A DNA stretch of 63,413 nucleotides, filler included, from Stramenopiles sp. TOSAG23-2 (taxonomy: Eukaryota): the NCBI GenBank assembly GCA_900128395.1. It is 4 parts of 4 records of this genome, joined end to end, with 100 filler letters (N's around TTAATTAATTAA, not from the genome) between each part and the next. Parts side by side here need not be neighbours in the genome. Positions count along the whole stretch, not along the records: positions 15,988 to 31,758 come from LT649696.1; positions 31,859 to 47,612 come from LT649697.1; 2 more parts are not named here. One strand, 5' to 3'. The stretch's first letter is position 1; every line of letters starts with the position of its first letter. Below, piece after piece: positions 21,623 through 32,258 of this stretch. The notes beneath the pieces were generated by a model. That model was not told where the DNA came from, searched no databases, and worked only from the letters and a program-made list of their open reading frames with translations. A program made the position numbers and the translations under genes.

Positions 21623-22174
21623 ATTTAATTTACGCATAATTTAAAATGTTTTAATTTACTCATGATAATTCCTACTCTTCAAAAGAATACAATAACTGAA
21701 ATAATCTATCTCACACTAGTGTGTTGATATTCTCATAATCGAGAATACCAATGAAGGTAAATAGATGGTATTAACTACTCATAATAGCTTTATTTTTAAA
21801 GTACTCATGATAATTCCTACTCTTCAAAAGAATAAAATAACTGAAATAATCTATCTCACACAAATGTGTTGATATTCTCATAATCGAAAATACCAATGAA
21901 GGTAAATAGATATATATCCTTTTAGTATTTACCACGGGAAGTAAAATTATTTATAACTTAAAGATTTTATAACCATTATACCATTATGATATATACAAAG
22001 TATATATTTTTAAAAATATTAAAATTGGAAATATTACACACCATGTATGTGATATATATTATATATTTTTATATATGTACACACACATATATAATTATAT
22101 ATATTCTCATATATATTATTTTATTCTTTTGAAGAGTAGGAATAAATTAAAAATAAATTATGCGTAAATTAAAT
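21623..22174. repeat. Foldback/MITE-like cluster: two module B copies and a reversed module A, bounded by inverted repeats
   Basis: Perfect 21-bp IR at 21623-21643/22154-22174 and 22-bp IR at 21668-21689/22122-22143; B copies at ~21657 and 21802; reversed A at ~21925-21976. Confidence 0.85.
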
Positions 22175-22207
22175 TATATAATTAAAATGATATTACAAAT
22201 TTTAAAT

Positions 22208-22975
22208 TTAGATTTTACCACAACCTTGAATTTTAACTTCTACGCTTGGTTTTCCTTCACCTTCACTACCAGCTTCTTCAATTTGATCTAATACATCCAT
22301 ACCAAATACAATTTCTCCAAAAACGACATGTTTACCAGTTAATTTTGGCAACTTATCTAATGAAAAGAAAAATTGCGATGTATTTGAATTTTTACCTGTG
22401 TTACACATACATAGTAATCCACGGGAATCAATTTTTTTTTTCAATCCAAGCTTATCGTCTTTAAAGTTTTTACCCCAAATCGATTCACCACCTGCACCTG
22501 TCCCTGTATTTATATCCCCACATTGTGCTACAAATTTCTTTACAATACGATGAAATGGAGTACCTAAATAATGCAAAGGTTTTCCTGATTTACCTTTCCC
22601 TTTTTCACCTGTACATAAAGCTAAAAAATTCTCACAAGCTAAAGGTGAAACTTTTGAAAATAATTTGATAATAATTCTTTGGTTTGGAAGACGAACTAAC
22701 ATACGTTTTTGTGAAAATTCATAATCTGATTCATACAATTCTGGTAGACGTGCAAGTTCTGAGCCTTGCAATTCAACTAATCTATTTGAACTGAGTCCAT
22801 ATGCTAAATTCTTTGACTTTACAAATTCCACGCAATTATTATATCTCTCCGTCGTCTCATCAATATTCACATCTAAATATGCTAATATTTCATCTTTTTT
22901 TAAATTTAATTTTAATTGATTCAATTGTTCAGTTAACTCATCTGTTTTATCATTCGTGCTTGCAATGGATGCCAT
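22208..22975 (-). CDS. Cyclophilin-type peptidyl-prolyl isomerase
   Basis: ENFLALCTGEKG, LHYLGTPFHRIV, QCGD..GTGAGGESIWG, NTSQFF, LTGKHVVFG. An insertion lies between YLDVNI and RIIIKLF. Confidence 0.93.
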   Translation of the reverse strand: MASIASTNDKTDELTEQLNQLKLNLKKDEILAYLDVNIDETTERYNNCVEFVKSKNLAYGLSSNRLVELQGSELARLPELYESDYEFSQKRMLVRLPNQRIIIKLFSKVSPLACENFLALCTGEKGKGKSGKPLHYLGTPFHRIVKKFVAQCGDINTGTGAGGESIWGKNFKDDKLGLKKKIDSRGLLCMCNTGKNSNTSQFFFSLDKLPKLTGKHVVFGEIVFGMDVLDQIEEAGSEGEGKPSVEVKIQGCGKI

Positions 22976-23573
22976 TCTTTAATTAAAAAACAAGAAGAAG
23001 CAATGGTTAGATGTAACTTCTGGGAATGATACGGGGAATGATACGGGGAATGTGAGGATAAAAAAAGTTGGTCATAAAAATGCTCAAAAGGAAATGAATG
23101 TGTTGTTTCTAATAATATTAAATAATATTTGTAAATATTTTTTATAGTAGAAGAAGAACAACTTCTTGGTGCCTTTTTTACCTTGATGTACCGGTAGTAA
23201 TATGCAAGCAAAGTAAAAGAAGGCTTAATATTTATTTAATATAGACACAGCATTAAACCCTTAAATGGACAAATGGACCAACAATCTAAATCTGAGGACC
23301 TATAAGTACAGGTATTAATAGTAAGTGTGTATAATTTCACTAATAATAATAAAAATGAAATAAAAAAGACAAGTAAAAAAAAACATGCCTACTACATAGT
23401 ATAATACCTGGTACATGTATAAATAGAAAATATACAAAAAATAGTCGCCTATATATCTATTACATATATACAATAATAACAAAAAACTTTTCAAAGAACC
23501 AAAAGGAATATCATACAAACAAACAAACGTATAGTAAACATATAAATTTAGAAATATCAAGTAAACTAATAAT

Positions 23574-24398
23574 ATGAATTTTGCATATAAGGAAAGTGAA
23601 TTTGCAACTAAAAAATCATATCAACATGCTATTGAACATGGATTTAATGGCAAAAATAAAGATAATAAGAAAGTGAAGAAAAGTGGTGCAAAAAAACAAT
23701 GGACAATGGCAGATGTAAAGAAAGGCTGTACAAAATCAAAGCAACAGAAACAAGCTGCAAAAACAGAAAAGACAATTACGAATCTTATGCAAAAGTTGAA
23801 AGTAAAGGAGAAAGAACTAAAAGTAAATAAGAAAGAAAACAATAATTTAAAAAAAAAAATTGCAAACTTAGATCAAAAAGTTTTAACATTACAAGAAAAA
23901 TTAGTTGCTGCAAAAAGATGTGCTAAAGAGATGCAAAAAAAAGTTGATCGTTTCAAAAAAAATAATGCGCCGCCACGGGATAAATATGGATTTACCAAAC
24001 GTAGTACATACCGTAAATGGCTTAAAGATCATGGCTTTGACTTGGAGGGACAAGACGTTAATCATATAATTGCATGTGATAATGGCGGTGCTGATCATGT
24101 CGACAATTATTTTTATACAACAGGAGTGAAATACAATAGAAGCATTAAAGCCGAGTTTGATGCATTTAATTGCACTCAAGCAGGGCTCGAAATGACAAAA
24201 AGGGCCATTGAAGCGTGTAAATTAGCTGAAAAGTTGAAAGATGTTTGTCCAAATGCAGTTGAAAAAAGAGGAGGAAACAAAAAGCGTACATATTGGAGTG
24301 AAGGTGTGCATGCAGGCAAAACAGCAGCTCAATTAATAGCTCAAGGTAATAATTGGTTTAGAACAATGCGGTTAAATCTAAGACAAGATGGACTATAA
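23574..24398 (+). CDS. Coiled-coil plus HNH (H-N-N) endonuclease-like protein
   Basis: DVNHIIACDNGGADHVDNY...YNR fits the betabetaalpha-Me motif; K-rich coiled coil in the N-terminal half. Confidence 0.65.
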   Translation: MNFAYKESEFATKKSYQHAIEHGFNGKNKDNKKVKKSGAKKQWTMADVKKGCTKSKQQKQAAKTEKTITNLMQKLKVKEKELKVNKKENNNLKKKIANLDQKVLTLQEKLVAAKRCAKEMQKKVDRFKKNNAPPRDKYGFTKRSTYRKWLKDHGFDLEGQDVNHIIACDNGGADHVDNYFYTTGVKYNRSIKAEFDAFNCTQAGLEMTKRAIEACKLAEKLKDVCPNAVEKRGGNKKRTYWSEGVHAGKTAAQLIAQGNNWFRTMRLNLRQDGL

Positions 24399-25041
24399 AG
24401 TTGAAAAAGCATTCTTTATTGAATGCTTGTCTATATAGAAAGAAAAAAAATGGAATTTTCTGATGCATTTAAGTTATTTAATTCAAGTGGTTTGTGTAAA
24501 AATATTATAGGCGCTCTGTGTAAAATTTTAAATGTATTTCATAAAGCTCTAGTAAATAATTTTGATAATAGACTATAATAAGAACCTCTACTATGTATAT
24601 TACTACTAGTATATTATACTATTAATAGTCTATAATGCACTAATAGTAGCTAGCTAGCTAGTATAAAATCCAGTGTTAATATTTATTATTTTTAATAGTA
24701 CTTGGTGTAATCCAGTAATCATCTGGTAATCCAGTAATAAAGCACTAAAGTATTATTAATAATAAAAGTAATTCTAATTCCCTGATATATGATGCCCTGA
24801 TGATGTGTAGGATTACTCTGGCAAGCGCAGAGTCTTCCCAAGGAAAGTTCAGTGTAGGATACTGCCAGACTGTAATAAAAAATACTAAGTTGTTAAATAT
24901 ATATATTACGCAAAACATATGGACTAAAAGGATATCTCCATAATAATAAAATTCTACTTAGATTTATTAAATTTATGACGTAAAGTGTACGGTTCATTGC
25001 GCATAAAAACGCATTGATTTTTGTCAAACGTACAATTAAAG

Positions 25042-28000
25042 ATGGCCGGTATTGGGACCAGAGCAGGAATTTGTCCAGGATATATTCCGACTCCTAATAA
25101 TACATGTAAATTATGTGGTAAAAGAGAATATCAACATACTTTTGAAGGAAATGATGCTCCTATTGAGATTGCCAAAAGCAAAGTTCCCTTTATTGAGCTA
25201 ATGGACCCAAGCGAAGGTTCCATCTATGGAGGTGATACCATAGTGTTCACTGGTAGAAATTTTAGTCGAATTCGATATAATAAAGGTTTATTGTGGGCAA
25301 AGTTTGGTAAATATAAAGTTAAGCTAACAATGGACTCACTGGGAAATGTAGAGTGTATTAGTCCACCAGTATTAATGAATGTGATACATTGGGATGATTT
25401 CAAGAAAGATTTAAATGAACATGGTGAGGTATGTTATGCCCTAGAAGTCAGGTTAACCGCAGATGGTGGTGTTACATGGTCAAACCCGGAGAATTTTCGT
25501 TTAAAGTTCGATAATTTAATTGACGTGAACAAATATGATGCTAGTAAATGCTATTATTGGGGTGGTTTAAAACCACCAGATAAGAAAAAAAAACATGAAA
25601 TGGATAAGCCAATGCCGAAATATGATATGTTTTTAAACACTGAACCAAGTCTACATCCACATTTTAAATATAGCTATACTCGAGCATGTTACAAATTGAT
25701 GTTTTACTTGCATCTTGCTACCGGTAGACAGCTACCGAAATATTCCTTTGAACTAATTAAACATCATGTATCCAATGAAACAGCTAATTATCCGTACTCT
25801 CTACTGATGCATTTGAATACAAATGGAGAGGAAAAGTTGGCGTTGTTTAAGGATATTTTTTTAGCAGTAGTAGGATGGAAGGATAATTTAGATCCGGGGG
25901 AAACGCGGCACCCTGGTGTTGCAAAAGTGACAGATTGGATAAAAGGTGGTAGCGACACAAATTCTTTTAGGAAATTACTAAACAGGGCTTTAGATTATTT
26001 ATCTAGGGAGGAACAACCTGTTCGTCACATTCGAGTAACAAAAAGTGCAGCTGGTCCCCATGCAATTGTATTAATGGAAAACGGTATGATTGAAATTCAA
26101 TCCATTAAAAATCCATCAAATTACAGCTCTGAGCTGCTGGATGAAACATATTTTTTATCGGAACAGGAGTTAGAAATGGATCATTATCGATATTGTCGTC
26201 CGTGGGGTATTGATGATGATTTGAAGCAATTAATGAGGCCAGAAAAAACTAATCCAAATTTAGTGGAAGGTGGCAAAGACACTACTGAGGAAGAGGGCTT
26301 GGGCTTTGAAACAAAAAAAAACATTTTGGATTGGAGCGATAGGGAGGCTAGTGTAGATATGCATTTGACCATGTCAAGATTGATGGTGTTGATGCCATAT
26401 CTTGGGAAACCAGCAGATGAAGATGATGCAAATTTAACGTTAGATGGTAATTTAATTGCACCATCTGAAAAGCCACCGATTGATAAAAATGTACGTAAAG
26501 GTAAGAGAAAGAAAGATGATGATGAGTTAAAAGTTGGTGGGTGGTTTTGGTCCCCATTTAGTGGTAGTGTAAAACCAAAAATATTAATGGACAAAGTTGC
26601 ATGTGGAATGCAGCATTTTTGCTGTGTAACAAATGCAATGTATGGCTGCAAATTGTATACATGGGGAGATAATGGTGCAGGACAGCTAGGACGGCGTACG
26701 TCTGGTGGTAAAAATTCAACTCCAAGTAAATTTCCTGCTATAGTCAAATTTGAAACAGTGCATAATGGAAAATATTACGATGAATTGCAAGTATATTCCA
26801 TAAATTGTGGTTCGTTGTATACGATATGTGCATGTATCTCTGCTGTTACTGGACAAACGCATATTTATTCATTTGGCCAGCCTAATGATGAAAAATTATC
26901 AAGGGAAGATCGATGTCTCCCACATAAGGTAGTTGGTTTAGAAGAGGCGTCGGAAGTTTTATACTTTTCTCGATCTGATGAGCATGAGATGAACTTAAAA
27001 CATGCAAAGAATCGAGAGATGCGTAATTGGCCGAGAGGTAAATCAATGACGGAAATCGGTAAATGTTTTAAATTTTGGCCAAATGGTCTCGATATGTATC
27101 ATGATACTACATGGGAAGAATTTTTGTTTTTTAGACGGAAACAGGTGAAAGAATTTAAAAAAGGGCATGATCATGATCACATGTCAATTCCACTTTTATC
27201 AAGCTTGCAAATACCAAAATTATTCGGATTTGAAAAGTCGCAACACGATAATTTATGTGATTTATACAAAAATGCCATTGAAGATATTAGCACATTGATT
27301 TCAATGACTGATGGGATGATACGAGATCTAAATGACATTAATGAGATAGATGGGGTCACTTTTGGAGAAGCAAGAAATATGTATATAAATGCACAGGATA
27401 TAGTTCAGCAAGATTTTGATAAATATGCTAATTTGGCAGTCAAAGAATCTGCACTATCAAGAAACAGATCAAACGCATTTAGACTAGATGAGAATGATGA
27501 TGGTTTGATTGGTGGTAATCTACGAAACAGTAGATCGGTAAGTGGTGGCAACAACAATGCAGTTTATAATAATAACAATGATAATAATAATAATAATAAT
27601 AACGATGGTAATGATATCGAAGGAGAAGAAACGGGACTTGTTCGTGGCATTCGGCGCTCAATGTTTCTTGATATAGTAGCACCAGGTCAAGAAGTATTGA
27701 TACGATCAGATATTGGATGGCTTGAATTAATTGATGAAATACATTTAATAAAATCAAAAACGAAGAAAATAAAGACTCTAATCGATGAAGATGAAGAAGC
27801 AAAAATTCAAGAAATTGAAACAGCGGAGTATTTAGAATATACGTTAGAACAGATAGAGGTGGTGAAGTATGAGAAAGAAAATCCACAAATGCTAGATACG
27901 CCAACAAATACGCCAAAGACAGATTTCGAGTCAAAGAAATCAGCATTGGCTCCATTAAGACGTCGTTTAAGTAAATTTTCACGCAATGAATTTCTACCTG

Positions 28001-29145
28001 TTAAGGGGATGCAAACACCTAAAGGAAGTGATTTTGACTCTGGTGCAAATAAAAAACGCGGTACAGTGGCATTACAAGCTACCCAAAAATTGTTAACTCC
28101 TACTAATAGCACAAAAGCGTTTACCTCGAAAAAAAGTCTTCGATCATCACAAAGTTTTGTGAATAGTCGTAAAAGTATGTCCATGAAGAAAAGAGTTAGT
28201 ACATTTAGTCCAGAACCAGGTATTACTGGTGGTGGTATTACAGGTAGTGGTGCTGGGTTACACCGGTTAAAACGAGATTTAAAAGATGGTTTGCATTTGC
28301 TGTCGTATAAACAATTAACAGCATTGAAAGCTCGTGTAGCGGATGAACAAAAATTGAGAAAGAAGAATATAATGAATTTGCATCAAAATATAGCAAAGTC
28401 AACTATAGAATTTGCATATTTACAAAAGAAGTTAGAAGTTCATGAAGAATTACAAACAAATTGGGTATTATGTGATATACTAGATTTCGAAGAAGAATTA
28501 TTATCTCCAAATGCTCAATCTGCAAGAGTCGCATATCGTTCAGGTAAAACAGATTTTGAAAGAGCGATAGGTAATGCAGAATTGAAGTGGGAACAGTTGT
28601 GCAACAGTACGCCAGAAGCAGTAGTACGTATGTATTTGAGCAATTTAAGCATTTTAAAAGATTTGGCTGGTTCTAGAAGAAAAGATCCATTTAAAGATAT
28701 TTTGCGAAATCTAGACAATGTATATATAGATGAAGGTGCAAATATTGGTTATAAAGATTTTCTAGATTGTAGCGATCTGTTACTGGGGGGTTTTTTAGAT
28801 ACTTTACAGGATTGGAGCAGCTCAGATATGTCAAGATTGAATACCGATGAAGGTTTAAAACTGTTACAAATTGTATTCTCATGCTGTAAATTGCGCACAC
28901 AAATAAATTTGACGCAACACAGGAAACATGCTAGGATATATGAGCTTGAATATGGACAATTAAAACGAGCAAAGGCAGATCCAAACACCATTTTAGTGGA
29001 TTATGAGAATGTTGGTGTAGATGGTCAACCATTGAGGAAAAATAATAACAATGCAGACCAAGACGGTGATGGAAAAGATGGCAAGAAAAAACGAGTTAGT
29101 GGAAAAGAAAAGATGGCCGGTAAGAAGAAATTGTCGAAAAAGTAA
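25042..29145 (+). CDS. Large protein with a Cys/His N-terminal motif, IPT/TIG domain, RCC1 repeats and coiled coils
   Basis: CPGY..CKLC..H; PSEGSIYGGDTIVFTGRNF (IPT); VACGMQHF..LYTWGDNGAGQLG and INCGSLYT (RCC1). First ATG at 25042. Confidence 0.75.
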   Translation: MAGIGTRAGICPGYIPTPNNTCKLCGKREYQHTFEGNDAPIEIAKSKVPFIELMDPSEGSIYGGDTIVFTGRNFSRIRYNKGLLWAKFGKYKVKLTMDSLGNVECISPPVLMNVIHWDDFKKDLNEHGEVCYALEVRLTADGGVTWSNPENFRLKFDNLIDVNKYDASKCYYWGGLKPPDKKKKHEMDKPMPKYDMFLNTEPSLHPHFKYSYTRACYKLMFYLHLATGRQLPKYSFELIKHHVSNETANYPYSLLMHLNTNGEEKLALFKDIFLAVVGWKDNLDPGETRHPGVAKVTDWIKGGSDTNSFRKLLNRALDYLSREEQPVRHIRVTKSAAGPHAIVLMENGMIEIQSIKNPSNYSSELLDETYFLSEQELEMDHYRYCRPWGIDDDLKQLMRPEKTNPNLVEGGKDTTEEEGLGFETKKNILDWSDREASVDMHLTMSRLMVLMPYLGKPADEDDANLTLDGNLIAPSEKPPIDKNVRKGKRKKDDDELKVGGWFWSPFSGSVKPKILMDKVACGMQHFCCVTNAMYGCKLYTWGDNGAGQLGRRTSGGKNSTPSKFPAIVKFETVHNGKYYDELQVYSINCGSLYTICACISAVTGQTHIYSFGQPNDEKLSREDRCLPHKVVGLEEASEVLYFSRSDEHEMNLKHAKNREMRNWPRGKSMTEIGKCFKFWPNGLDMYHDTTWEEFLFFRRKQVKEFKKGHDHDHMSIPLLSSLQIPKLFGFEKSQHDNLCDLYKNAIEDISTLISMTDGMIRDLNDINEIDGVTFGEARNMYINAQDIVQQDFDKYANLAVKESALSRNRSNAFRLDENDDGLIGGNLRNSRSVSGGNNNAVYNNNNDNNNNNNNDGNDIEGEETGLVRGIRRSMFLDIVAPGQEVLIRSDIGWLELIDEIHLIKSKTKKIKTLIDEDEEAKIQEIETAEYLEYTLEQIEVVKYEKENPQMLDTPTNTPKTDFESKKSALAPLRRRLSKFSRNEFLPVKGMQTPKGSDFDSGANKKRGTVALQATQKLLTPTNSTKAFTSKKSLRSSQSFVNSRKSMSMKKRVSTFSPEPGITGGGITGSGAGLHRLKRDLKDGLHLLSYKQLTALKARVADEQKLRKKNIMNLHQNIAKSTIEFAYLQKKLEVHEELQTNWVLCDILDFEEELLSPNAQSARVAYRSGKTDFERAIGNAELKWEQLCNSTPEAVVRMYLSNLSILKDLAGSRRKDPFKDILRNLDNVYIDEGANIGYKDFLDCSDLLLGGFLDTLQDWSSSDMSRLNTDEGLKLLQIVFSCCKLRTQINLTQHRKHARIYELEYGQLKRAKADPNTILVDYENVGVDGQPLRKNNNNADQDGDGKDGKKKRVSGKEKMAGKKKLSKK

Positions 29146-29342
29146 AAGCACGAAAATGTGCGTATCTTTTCGGCTATATATGTTTTCATTTTAGTTAAAA
29201 ATAAAAATGTAATATCATATATAATATCATATATAAATATTTTATTAACATGTTACATTTACTCGTGTATTATAATATTGAATTTTAGAGTACGTTACGT
29301 TCGCGTATTAATTAATGCATTATAACTTATTTTTTTTAATTT

Positions 29343-29388
29343 TATTGATGATAATTCCTACTCTCCAGAAAGAATACGATAACTGAAC
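29343..29388 (+). repeat. Partial copy of repeat module B
   Basis: GATGATAATTCCTACTCTCCAGAAAGAATACGATAACTGAAC matches the 5' half of module B. Confidence 0.75.
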
Positions 29389-29613
29389 ATATTTTTATGA
29401 TACTCGTACGTAATATATACAAGAGATGAAGTAATATTGTTGTTTTGATATTATAGAAGTATTATGGACATCATAGGAAGGCGGAGAATAAATTGTACCG
29501 GGGTACAACTCATCATACGACTTGCCAAATGCACAATATATATTTATATATATAATATGACATATTATATTGGACTTCGTACGATATATATATACGTATT
29601 ATATATCATTTGG

Positions 29614-31233
29614 TTACAATACATGCATTAATTCTTGCCGTAAAAACTTCAAATTGTTAATGTCATCTTCGTCATATCCAAGTTGACATAGTAACGTTGA
29701 TTTCTGGCCCCATGGTGGTAAATTATTAACTTTAAATCTACAGTACCGATACTGTAATCCGCTATTTACTGATCCGGCTTGTCCACTTATTGATTTAAAA
29801 CTAATATCTGTCACAACAGTAAATTCGTCAAGATTAATAACATCCATTTCACCTTTCTTATCACCCTTTTTCAATAAAATAATTTTATCTTTTTCGATTA
29901 CAAAATCACGGTCAACCCATTTACGGTTAATCCATTTAGACGTTACTCGTTCCTTAACAGAGCCGATTAAATTTCCATATTCATCCCTTTTGAATCCTTT
30001 AGGTAGTGGAGTATTAACTTGTTTTTCCCATGAACGATACTCTTTTAATTCTTTTCTTTCTGCCAATGTTCTTTCATATGTATTTCGTCTTTTCAACCCA
30101 CCTGATTCATCATCACTATCATTTTCATTGCTATCATCTTCTGAAGATGATGACGATAATTCATTATTGTTACCAAAATCATTAAAATCTATTGTACCAC
30201 CTTCTACAGCAGCTTGAAATAAATTTGTACCTTTCGCAGATAATTGCCTTTTAAGACCGCCTGGAGAACTTGCGAAAGGATCAAACTCACCAAAACTTAC
30301 TTGTCGCGTAATTACTTGTTTTTTTTGCTGTTTTATTATTTTTGTTCCGTCTTCATCAACATTTAATCGCTTCTGTTGTTCTTCGTCGTATACACGTTTG
30401 TTCCAAGTTCCCATGTCTTTCACGCCGCGAGGTGCTTCCATTTCCCCTGTAACCCATTTTGGCGGTGCAGCCATTACATTTCTTACTACCTCTCGATGCC
30501 TACCATATTCATCAACATTTAAACGAACTTGTTGTTCTCGTGTATAATACCCTTCCTGGTATCCTCCTACAGTAGTTCTAGTACCATTTGGTGCTTCGAT
30601 TTTGCCTTGTGTATATGCGGGACCAAGCGTTTGTTGTTTCTTTTGTTGCTTCTTGCCGTATTGATCTACCCCTAATCGCTGTTGTTGTTCTTTATCATAA
30701 AAAGCTTCAACATAACCATTAGTATTGCGTTCACCGTTTGGTGGCTCCATATTATTTCGAGTCCAAGCTGGTCCAGATGTTTTGACCAAATCATCAAACG
30801 GGTTCAATGATGCAAAACTATCCTTTTTTGCTCCACTTTCTGTTATACCTAAGCGGGATTGTTGTGCCGGGGTATAAATTGCGGCAGTCCATCCGCCAGG
30901 CATAACTTTTTCCCCTTGTGGTGCCTCCATTTTATTTTGGGTCCAGGCTGGTCCTAGTGATTGTTGTCCTCCGGTTCGACGTCCCATTTTCAAGGGTTGC
31001 CTTCCTGGTTTCGGTGTGAACGTGGTTTTTTTTCCATCAGCATCGACGCCAAGTCTAGTTTGCTGTTCTTGTGTATATACGTTTGCCGTCCAGCCACCCA
31101 TATCTTTACTACCTTGTGGTTTTTCAATTTCTCCCCGTGTCCAAGCAGGACCTAAGCTACCAAACTTGCCACCAACACGTTGCTGGCTTTGACCTTCTTG
31201 GACTAACTCATCAAATGCATCAAATCCACTCAT
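29614..31233 (-). CDS. Protein with five ~43-aa GPAWT/QQxRLGVD repeats and a C-terminal PH-like domain
   Basis: Repeats are visible in the translation. C-terminal KWVDRDFVI...INLDEFTVV is reminiscent of a PH fold. Confidence 0.75.
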   Translation of the reverse strand: MSGFDAFDELVQEGQSQQRVGGKFGSLGPAWTRGEIEKPQGSKDMGGWTANVYTQEQQTRLGVDADGKKTTFTPKPGRQPLKMGRRTGGQQSLGPAWTQNKMEAPQGEKVMPGGWTAAIYTPAQQSRLGITESGAKKDSFASLNPFDDLVKTSGPAWTRNNMEPPNGERNTNGYVEAFYDKEQQQRLGVDQYGKKQQKKQQTLGPAYTQGKIEAPNGTRTTVGGYQEGYYTREQQVRLNVDEYGRHREVVRNVMAAPPKWVTGEMEAPRGVKDMGTWNKRVYDEEQQKRLNVDEDGTKIIKQQKKQVITRQVSFGEFDPFASSPGGLKRQLSAKGTNLFQAAVEGGTIDFNDFGNNNELSSSSSEDDSNENDSDDESGGLKRRNTYERTLAERKELKEYRSWEKQVNTPLPKGFKRDEYGNLIGSVKERVTSKWINRKWVDRDFVIEKDKIILLKKGDKKGEMDVINLDEFTVVTDISFKSISGQAGSVNSGLQYRYCRFKVNNLPPWGQKSTLLCQLGYDEDDINNLKFLRQELMHVL

Positions 31234-31257
31234 CTTAATTTATAAATTTATTAAAGA

Positions 31258-31496
31258 TTTTGTTGTTTCGAATCTATATCATATATGGATATGAAGGTAG
31301 TATTATAGATCTGCAAATAGAACAGTTTCAAATGAAAGCAAATAAATTCCTTGACATTTGTTTTCTACAACGTGTTTTTGTTGTTTCGAATCTATATCAT
31401 ATATGGATATGAAGGTAGTATTATAGATCTGCAAATAGAACAGTTTCAAATGAAAGCAAATAAATTCCTTGACATTTGTTTTCTACAACGTGTTTT
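31258..31496. repeat. Exact tandem duplication, period 118 (probable assembly artefact)
   Basis: TGTTGTTTCGAATC at 31261 and 31379. Confidence 0.9.
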
Positions 31497-31758
31497 ATGA
31501 TATATTCTTATATATATAATATATAAAATAAAAGGCGATGAATTTATTACGGATTACGACGAGATGAGAGAATATACTTTTTTTTTTTTTTTATGCCATT
31601 ACCTGGTAGTATACTCATATCTTCTTATTCATTTTCATATCTTCACGTATAAATATTAATATAATAGCACTATCATAGCACTACTATATATTAATAAGAA
31701 TTTTATTCCCTGCCCTGATGTGTGTGTATAGGGGTATTAACGAAGCAAGATAACAAAG

Positions 31759-31858
31759 NNNNNNNNNNNNNNNNNNNNNNNNNNNNNNNNNNNNNNNNNN
31801 NNTTAATTAATTAANNNNNNNNNNNNNNNNNNNNNNNNNNNNNNNNNNNNNNNNNNNN
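31759..31858. other. Artificial contig linker N44-TTAATTAATTAA-N44
   Basis: Same 100-bp linker. Confidence 0.98.
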
Positions 31859-32029
31859 GTAATAAGTAACGGATATGCAACGTTTCAAAGTCTAAATTTA
31901 ATAACTTCAATGAAAGTTTTCAACTTTTCAGGATTTTCACCATTTCGATGAAAAATGCTCTAATACTAACTTCATGCTAACATACGATTAAAAAAAAAAT
32001 CTCAGCACTTTTCTTTAAAAACATAATTA

Positions 32030-32258
32030 TACATGTAAACTCTCGGAGAAAAGTTAAATATATCACCTACAATATAGTAACTACAATATTTTATCAAAAT
32101 TTTTTATGTTGCATGTTCAAAATGAAGATTTGTAGCTTCATTTAGAATTGTTACATGTAAACTCTCGGAGAAAAGTTAAATATATCACCTACAATATAGT
32201 AACTACAATATTTTATCAAAATTTTTTATGTTGCATGTTTATAATGAAGATTTCTAGC
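32030..32258. repeat. Tandem duplication, period 122, with a diverged 3' part
   Basis: ACATGTAAACTCTCGGAG at 32031 and 32153; tails CAAAATGAAGATTTGTAGCT vs TATAATGAAGATTTCTAGCT. Confidence 0.88.

Noticed and set aside
21657..21700. Module B as a SECIS element or C/D snoRNA (ATGA...AAAA...CTGA)
   Set aside because: Spacing and helix pairing do not fit SECIS, adjacent genes have no in-frame TGA, the C-to-D distance is too short and box C is imperfect.
14263..22975. FKBP12 and cyclophilin as a PPIase gene cluster
   Set aside because: They are on different contigs separated by an artificial linker.
23022..23052. GGGAATGATACG x2.5 as a telomere-like repeat
   Set aside because: Only 2.5 copies, internal, in the cyclophilin leader.
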